Positions 58,661 through 64,000 of a stretch of 64,000 nucleotides of DNA are shown here, piece by piece. This stretch comes from a virus. Lineage: Duplodnaviria > Caudoviricetes. The position numbers were made by a program, and so were the translations under genes. The number at the start of each line of letters is the position of its first letter. Position 1 is the stretch's first letter. The stretch lies in the IMG/VR virus record IMGVR_UViG_2751185671_000004, positions 1-64,000 of that record; one strand, 5' to 3'. The notes under the pieces were generated by a model. The model ran no database searches. It had not been told where the DNA came from and saw only the letters and a list, made by a program, of their open reading frames with translations.

Positions 58661-58911
58661 TCTTGGTAGGCAGTTTGTAATTTAGAATAATCAGGGAGAT
58701 CTAATTCATGAGTCGCATCTGGGGGGATCTCACAAAGATTGGCCAGTAAAAAGATTTCTCTTTCGGCATCGCTCGTCGCGATCTTATCCGCTGCCAACAT
58801 ATCTTTGACTTTCGGACAACGCATACTCAGCGCTGCGACCTTAACGCCGTCAATCTCAATGGGGTCAGTCAATGGAATAGATTTTTTACTACGATCCGTT
58901 TTTTTTGCCAT
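58648..58911 (-). CDS. Tail assembly chaperone GpE
   Basis: L.MRCPKVKD..EREI.LLANLC..LDL.DY..LQ. Confidence 0.9.
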   Translation of the reverse strand: MAKKTDRSKKSIPLTDPIEIDGVKVAALSMRCPKVKDMLAADKIATSDAEREIFLLANLCEIPPDATHELDLPDYSKLQTAYQDFLS

Positions 58912-58913
58912 CG

Positions 58914-59213
58914 TTATAATGCCTCCTTTTTAGTTGTGGTTCGTGTTTTGGGTATGGGGGATAAAATACGTTTAAGCTCGTCGATTTCCTTCGATATCAC
59001 ATCAATGCGATCGCGAATAAGCGTGTCAGCACGATTTTTATCAAGCGTTAGAAAACCACCATTAACATAGGGGCGTGCCATGTGTTTATTCAATTGCATT
59101 TCACTCCCAATTTTCTTTCTTACATTACCGATAAAAAAGGGTTTAATAACATAATAAGTGTTTTCTATGTTTTCTATACGTTCTTTTTTTTCTGTATTTT
59201 CTGTTTCTTTCAT
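58914..59213 (-). CDS. Hypothetical protein between tube and chaperone
   Basis: 99-aa ORF coupled to gpE. Confidence 0.5.
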   Translation of the reverse strand: MKETENTEKKERIENIENTYYVIKPFFIGNVRKKIGSEMQLNKHMARPYVNGGFLTLDKNRADTLIRDRIDVISKEIDELKRILSPIPKTRTTTKKEAL

Positions 59214-59329
59214 CGATATAAAAACTCCAGTGTGTTTGTGATGAATTAAAAAGTTAAGAAAGGAATTAAAGTTTTAACAATAAAAAGGAAAGGGTTAATA
59301 GGTTAGGATTAAAATCAAACGATATAGGA

Positions 59330-59833
59330 TTATTGTCCGAGAATACCGCGTATTTGAGCGAGTTGATCCACGCCGTTCACAATACGAATCATATTAGGGA
59401 TGTCAATTTGGTGAACGATGGCGGCACCGTGGGTCAATTTGTAAAACCGAACAGAGACCATACATTTTAATGTGGTTTTCTCACCCGGTTTCCATGTACC
59501 GTAATCCAGCTCTTTAATCTGTCCATGTAAATTAACGATAACCGGTTGTGTAGCTCCATTGTCAGACACTACCGCCCCGCGAATGGTGAGCGGAATAATT
59601 TGCCCAGGAGCGAGACCAAATAGCGTTAACAGGTTACGGTCAAAGCGCGTGAGCGTAAATTCCGCTTCGAGCTTTTCCATTCCCATTTCAATATCTATGG
59701 GGGAATCCATCCCGCCGTTTCTATATTCCTCCATTTTCATAGTAAGCTTAGGTAATACAAGTTCTTCCACATTACCCGCGTAACCACGGCCATCGACATA
59801 GAGCGCCATGTTTTTTAAAATATCATCTAACAT
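59330..59833 (-). CDS. Major tail tube protein (FII)
   Basis: LPKL..KMEEYR.GGMD..MGMEKLE, WKPG, IVNGVDQL. Confidence 0.95.
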   Translation of the reverse strand: MLDDILKNMALYVDGRGYAGNVEELVLPKLTMKMEEYRNGGMDSPIDIEMGMEKLEAEFTLTRFDRNLLTLFGLAPGQIIPLTIRGAVVSDNGATQPVIVNLHGQIKELDYGTWKPGEKTTLKCMVSVRFYKLTHGAAIVHQIDIPNMIRIVNGVDQLAQIRGILGQ

Positions 59834-59888
59834 TTTTTATTTTCTTAATAAGATTCTTTTTAATAAAAAGAGGAATTTATGTGTGCAC

Positions 59889-61043
59889 TTAAATCAGTGG
59901 TAAAACTTCAACGAGATAATCATTCACTAATTGGCTGCGGAACGTAATACGCTCGGCGGGGTAGGGTGGCGTAAAATCAAAATCGATCTGTACATGACCT
60001 TCGGCGATTCGCTCAGGTGTATTACGCTCAGGATCGGCCCACGCTTGGCCGTTAATAATCGCGCCCTGCGTTTTTAAATTACGTAGGAATGCGTTAACAC
60101 CCTCTACTACATCATCCAGATAGGTTTTTGTAATGCCGCGATCTACCGCCCAAAGATGTGCTCGCAGTAGAGATTCATTAATAATATCGGCAGTTCTACG
60201 CACACTTAAAAATGCCCACTTAGGATCAGAAGAGCAAGAACGATTACCCCACAACCGAAAGCCGGTTTTTCGAATGATGGTGGCCACTTCATTTTCATTT
60301 AAACGATTCGCTCGTGAATTAATATCCCCAAACTCAAAATCTACCGCACGGGCAGGCCCCACAATACCCCGTATTTCTTGATTAGATGGTGAATTCCAAA
60401 AGCCGCGTTCATCATCCGACTTTGCGATTAATCCTGCTACGCGGGCACTCGCCGGTCTCAGTATCTCTGTTAATGTCGCTGTATCAAATACACGTACCCA
60501 GGGGTCTATAATATACAGTCGTGGACTACCAAATAAATTTCTATAGTCAATAACATCGGTATCCGTAGTATTAGGGCCATCAGCAATGACTACAGCGCGT
60601 AAACGCTCTGCCACAGTTAATAGTGATTCTACATTCGTTTGAATATGCGTAAATTCAGGCGCGACTAAAATTCTTGGTGTAATACTAAGTTCACTTTCTG
60701 AGGATAAAAACGCAGATACACCAATATATTGGCCCGTAGTATCATCCACACCGTCAGGTAAGGTGGGCGGTGATCCTGCCGTAGACTCAGGAACACGTAT
60801 CACCACAATCATTGCGCCTGTTTGGTCAAAGATATCATCGATAGCAGCAGGTAAAGTACCTGTAGTCCCTAGCCCTATAGTATCGCCTCTGCGGCCTGCG
60901 ATGAGCTTAGGTGTATGTAAGGGCCATCGTTCGTCAGCGTCAGGCGCTGTACCAATTAAGCCAATAATAGAAGAGCGTGCGGTACGTATAGGCCGTGGCC
61001 CTGTATCAATCTCTACGACCTCCACACCATGTAAAAAAGGCAT
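59889..61043 (-). CDS. Tail sheath protein (FI)
   Basis: FLHGVEV..IIGLIGTAP, SPSN, GFRLWGNR, VRRT, PYPAERITF. Confidence 0.95.
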   Translation of the reverse strand: MPFLHGVEVVEIDTGPRPIRTARSSIIGLIGTAPDADERWPLHTPKLIAGRRGDTIGLGTTGTLPAAIDDIFDQTGAMIVVIRVPESTAGSPPTLPDGVDDTTGQYIGVSAFLSSESELSITPRILVAPEFTHIQTNVESLLTVAERLRAVVIADGPNTTDTDVIDYRNLFGSPRLYIIDPWVRVFDTATLTEILRPASARVAGLIAKSDDERGFWNSPSNQEIRGIVGPARAVDFEFGDINSRANRLNENEVATIIRKTGFRLWGNRSCSSDPKWAFLSVRRTADIINESLLRAHLWAVDRGITKTYLDDVVEGVNAFLRNLKTQGAIINGQAWADPERNTPERIAEGHVQIDFDFTPPYPAERITFRSQLVNDYLVEVLPLI

Positions 61044-61172
61044 TGTTAAGCCTCCCTAGTAAAATAGAAATAACTATAAAAATAAATAATGGGTTAAAAA
61101 TAAGACGATGGATGTAAAAGAACAAAAGGTATAAAAGAACTAAAAACTATCTAAGGTCTGTGAATCTCACAA

Positions 61173-61529
61173 CTAAGGGGTGATGGAATGAAGGACTGAT
61201 AATTCTTGTTTGCGACTATTTACCCAGTCTTCACAATGCTCAATAAAAGCATTCATTTTTTGAACGTCAGAATCGCTCCCTTTACGTAGGAGGCTCACTT
61301 GTTTTGTGAGTGGGTAATACTTTTTGATATGTTGTTCACATAAGCGAATTCTCACATCTTTATTTTTGATGTCTTGCTTATCATTTGCCGGAACAACCTT
61401 ACCCTTAATATAATAATCCCCGGGTATGATATGCTTATCGCCCTCGTATTCTACCCACGTATTACTAGAGGAACATTGATGGCTATGTATACCTTCAATC
61501 CTATTATCGTTGTTAATTTCTAACCACAT
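61173..61529 (-). CDS. Probable tail fiber assembly protein
   Basis: Directly follows the fiber gene; YPLTKQ motif. Confidence 0.45.
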   Translation of the reverse strand: MWLEINNDNRIEGIHSHQCSSSNTWVEYEGDKHIIPGDYYIKGKVVPANDKQDIKNKDVRIRLCEQHIKKYYPLTKQVSLLRKGSDSDVQKMNAFIEHCEDWVNSRKQELSVLHSITP

Positions 61530-61535
61530 GTGTAT

Positions 61536-62702
61536 TTATCGTCTCCATATTGCTAAATAATTAATATAAGAACCAGCGCCCGCGCCGTCCGCTCGGTTTT
61601 CTGAGTTCGCACAGATTACACGCATACTGTCTCGCCGTTGTGTCCAGCGGCACCATAAAATGTCATTGCCGTCGACGGTTCCCCCGAATAAGATAATGCC
61701 GATACTGGCTATAAATCCTTGTAGATTTGCCATCGTAAATCCGGCAGGTGGGAATACATCCGCAAAATTAGCATTAAAGTTATTTAAATCGTTTGGGTCT
61801 CCTGATTTTCTGGCAATAGTCCTCACAAACCCTTGTGTCATGATCGTATCCGAGCGTTGTAAATATCGACTGTCATGATGGTGATTAATAAGGCTATAGC
61901 GCTGGTTGTTGCGGCTATCGTGATTATGATTGATATCACTGTATTGGTTATTATGATTGTGCCCTATACGACTATAACGTCCATCATTACGTGTATCGTG
62001 ATTATGATTAATGGCACTGTATTGAGTATTGTGGTTGTGATTAATTAGACTGTACTGCCCGTTATGATTATGACTAAGGGCACTGTAGCGTTGATCATTT
62101 CGCGTATCGTGATTGTGATCGATGGAGCTATAAATAGTATTGTGATTATGGTTACTTAACGCATAACGGGCATCACCATGTGCTCTGGTAACAGCAGGAG
62201 ACATAACAACCGTCTCTAATGTTCCGGCAATCGCTTCTGCTTGCGTCGCAAAACGTACTACGCCAATCACCGTCTCCGTAGCTGGGGGTAAATTAATGCC
62301 CCCCGTGCCTACCACTTCCACACTATCTTCAGGGAGTGCAGACAACACAAAATCAAGCGCTAACAAAAGATCCACATCGGCAGCTTTAAACGCTAACGCT
62401 TGCGTGGGATGGCTCCATACGGCTAATACAGTGCCATCATCTAAAATAAAGGCGATTTCTCTCACCCAATATTCCACAGCCCCATTTTCAATAGCTGTCA
62501 CATGAATTTGTGTCGGGCTAATGCGGCTACCGTTACTTATCGGTACGCGTGTGCGTTCATTTTGTAAAGCCGTTGCGGTGTTATCGGGCTGCCAGCCGGT
62601 ATCGCCGAAAGCGACATGCGTTAGCCTAGCGGATAGTCCATCATTAGTAGCATTAAATACAGCGCTTAATCCGGCAGTCGTAATAATAGGAATTAAATTC
62701 AT
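61536..62702 (-). CDS. Tail fiber protein with HxH repeats
   Basis: IT.AGL..THVAFGD..AL.NE..VREI N-terminus, ATET..GVVRFAT, eight H(N/H)H..Y repeats. Confidence 0.85.
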   Translation of the reverse strand: MNLIPIITTAGLSAVFNATNDGLSARLTHVAFGDTGWQPDNTATALQNERTRVPISNGSRISPTQIHVTAIENGAVEYWVREIAFILDDGTVLAVWSHPTQALAFKAADVDLLLALDFVLSALPEDSVEVVGTGGINLPPATETVIGVVRFATQAEAIAGTLETVVMSPAVTRAHGDARYALSNHNHNTIYSSIDHNHDTRNDQRYSALSHNHNGQYSLINHNHNTQYSAINHNHDTRNDGRYSRIGHNHNNQYSDINHNHDSRNNQRYSLINHHHDSRYLQRSDTIMTQGFVRTIARKSGDPNDLNNFNANFADVFPPAGFTMANLQGFIASIGIILFGGTVDGNDILWCRWTQRRDSMRVICANSENRADGAGAGSYINYLAIWRR

Positions 62703-62811
62703 ACAGTGAAAATCTTGAAAGTAAAAAAGAAGAATAAAAAAGAAAAAGGAGTAAAATAAGAAAGAGTAAGATAATAAAAAATAAATAAAAGTTATCAGTA
62801 GTAGATAGAAG

Positions 62812-63444
62812 TTAACTGTCTAGCTTTACACGCACAATAGATACAATATTCGTTGCAAGTATTGTATTTGTTTGTGTGATTAATGACGTTTCAACAATGG
62901 GTATTAATGTTATGCGTTTATATATTGTTGTTGACGATACCGCCGCTAGACCAAGGTTTAATTCAAACCGAGCGGCAACTCTAAAATCGTAATGGCTTCT
63001 AACAGGTTTTACATTATCGATAGCCCTAATAACATTGTTATAAAGAACTGGATCTAAAATGACGTCTCTATCTGGTGCTGTATTATCATTCACATAAGCA
63101 GTGACGTTAAATGTGTGCGATGGCGAATTCGTTTCAAACCATTCCTGTATCTCAACAATAATACCAATATCATTAAGCACACGTTTTAAGGCACCCAGTG
63201 TCCCTTTTTTTCTATGCACCGAGACACTATTAGCAATAACCGTTCTTTTTACTGACTCCGGCCAATCACTATCCCAGGTATCGACAGAAAATGTCCATGC
63301 GAGCCAGGGTAATAGTGGCTCGGGACATAAATTAGGGTTCCATAGTGTATCGATGAGTACAGGAAGATTAAAAGCGCGGTTTATTGATTTTTCTAATGCT
63401 CGTTCAAGTGGACTGGCATTACAGGGTAAAAGAGATTTTTCCAT
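62812..63444 (-). CDS. Tail protein I (P2 gpI-like)
   Basis: LLP.NAS.LE, CPEPLLPWLAW..SVD.W, HRKKGT, KPVRSH. Confidence 0.93.
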   Translation of the reverse strand: MEKSLLPCNASPLERALEKSINRAFNLPVLIDTLWNPNLCPEPLLPWLAWTFSVDTWDSDWPESVKRTVIANSVSVHRKKGTLGALKRVLNDIGIIVEIQEWFETNSPSHTFNVTAYVNDNTAPDRDVILDPVLYNNVIRAIDNVKPVRSHYDFRVAARFELNLGLAAVSSTTIYKRITLIPIVETSLITQTNTILATNIVSIVRVKLDS

Positions 63445-63468
63445 AGATGATTGTATTTACACTATCAT

Positions 63469-64000
63469 TTAGTTATCGCGACCTCCGAAAGTAATTTCGA
63501 TACTATCTGGCCATGGTGCTTGATGAGATTGAACTACGATATCACTCGTCGGCTCTACTAAATTAACACGCTGAACGCCGGGCTGATGTAGCGCGGAATA
63601 AATACCCGACAATGTAATGTCTCGACCTAACTGATGCTGGGCTTCAATATAAGTATTCAATGCTTTATTTGCGGCATCACTCACTACGGTACTGTCTGGG
63701 CCTGAGAACAAAATCAGTTCAGCAACAACGTTGTAACGCACGATTGTCGCCGCTTGCATAGTTACATGATCCGTTAAGGGCCTCACATCTTCCGAGTTGA
63801 GCTGTGACTCGACCAGCATTAAAACTTCACTAGTAGGAACGCCAATGTTTTCCGTTGATAAAACTGTAACTACGACTTCACCAGGGGTAGGACTGGCAAT
63901 ATCCACATCTTTTACTCGTGGATCAGCAGCTAGCGCATGAAAGGTATAGCTCCCGATAGGCCCGGCTGTACTATGGCCCTCTAAGCTAAGTTGTGTCCTT
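63469..64000 (-). CDS. Baseplate J protein (5' end outside the window)
   Basis: STAGP..SY.FHAL.AD.RVKD, VRPLTD.V, SGIYSALHQPGV. Confidence 0.93.
   Translation of the reverse strand, partial: RTQLSLEGHSTAGPIGSYTFHALAADPRVKDVDIASPTPGEVVVTVLSTENIGVPTSEVLMLVESQLNSEDVRPLTDHVTMQAATIVRYNVVAELILFSGPDSTVVSDAANKALNTYIEAQHQLGRDITLSGIYSALHQPGVQRVNLVEPTSDIVVQSHQAPWPDSIEITFGGRDN

Larger units (their letters stand above)
53284..64000 (-). mobile_element. Prophage segment: P2-like contractile tail and lysis module
   Basis: Contiguous J, I, fiber, sheath, tube, E/E', tape measure, U, X, D, holin and lysozyme genes; continues beyond the right edge. Confidence 0.92.

Noticed and set aside
53284-64000. Stand-alone tailocin or eCIS delivering the RHS toxin
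   Set aside because: The gene set is a normal P2/WO-type phage tail, terminase and replication genes are in the window, no eCIS ATPase is seen, and the toxin has its own leader; head genes cannot be checked here

Overview
AT-rich window, probably from a gammaproteobacterium (type I-F CRISPR repeat, IHF-type sites). It is bracketed by two parts of a temperate myophage whose gene order resembles Wolbachia phage WO and related serine-recombinase prophages. The left part (1-19735) holds a small-terminase-like gene, DUF3489, a ParB-methyltransferase, a candidate cos, DUF6362, a RuvC-like resolvase, a primase-helicase, an intein-containing SF2 helicase, an SSB, an AAA_24 ATPase and a DUF2924/large serine recombinase operon. 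The right part (53284-64000) holds a P2-like contractile baseplate/tail, holin and lysozyme. Both are on the minus strand in the order tail>lysis>cargo>recombinase>replication>packaging, which fits a circularly permuted single phage or tandem prophages. The ~33 kb between them carries secreted lectin, nuclease and tail-collar proteins, integron-type attC cassettes without an integrase, a 1524-aa Avs-like nuclease-STAND ATPase, a nucleotidyltransferase pair, a symmetric att-like site ending in CCACCA and an orphan 9-repeat type I-F CRISPR array with leader. It also carries a multi-TM/Fis-HTH regulator facing a hydrolase, two tandem [Cro + two immunity-like genes] units and a 2824-aa FN3-SpvB-FG-GAP-RHS toxin with a lipase-like tip and a cognate immunity gene. 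All family assignments come from motif recognition by eye; no searches were run.
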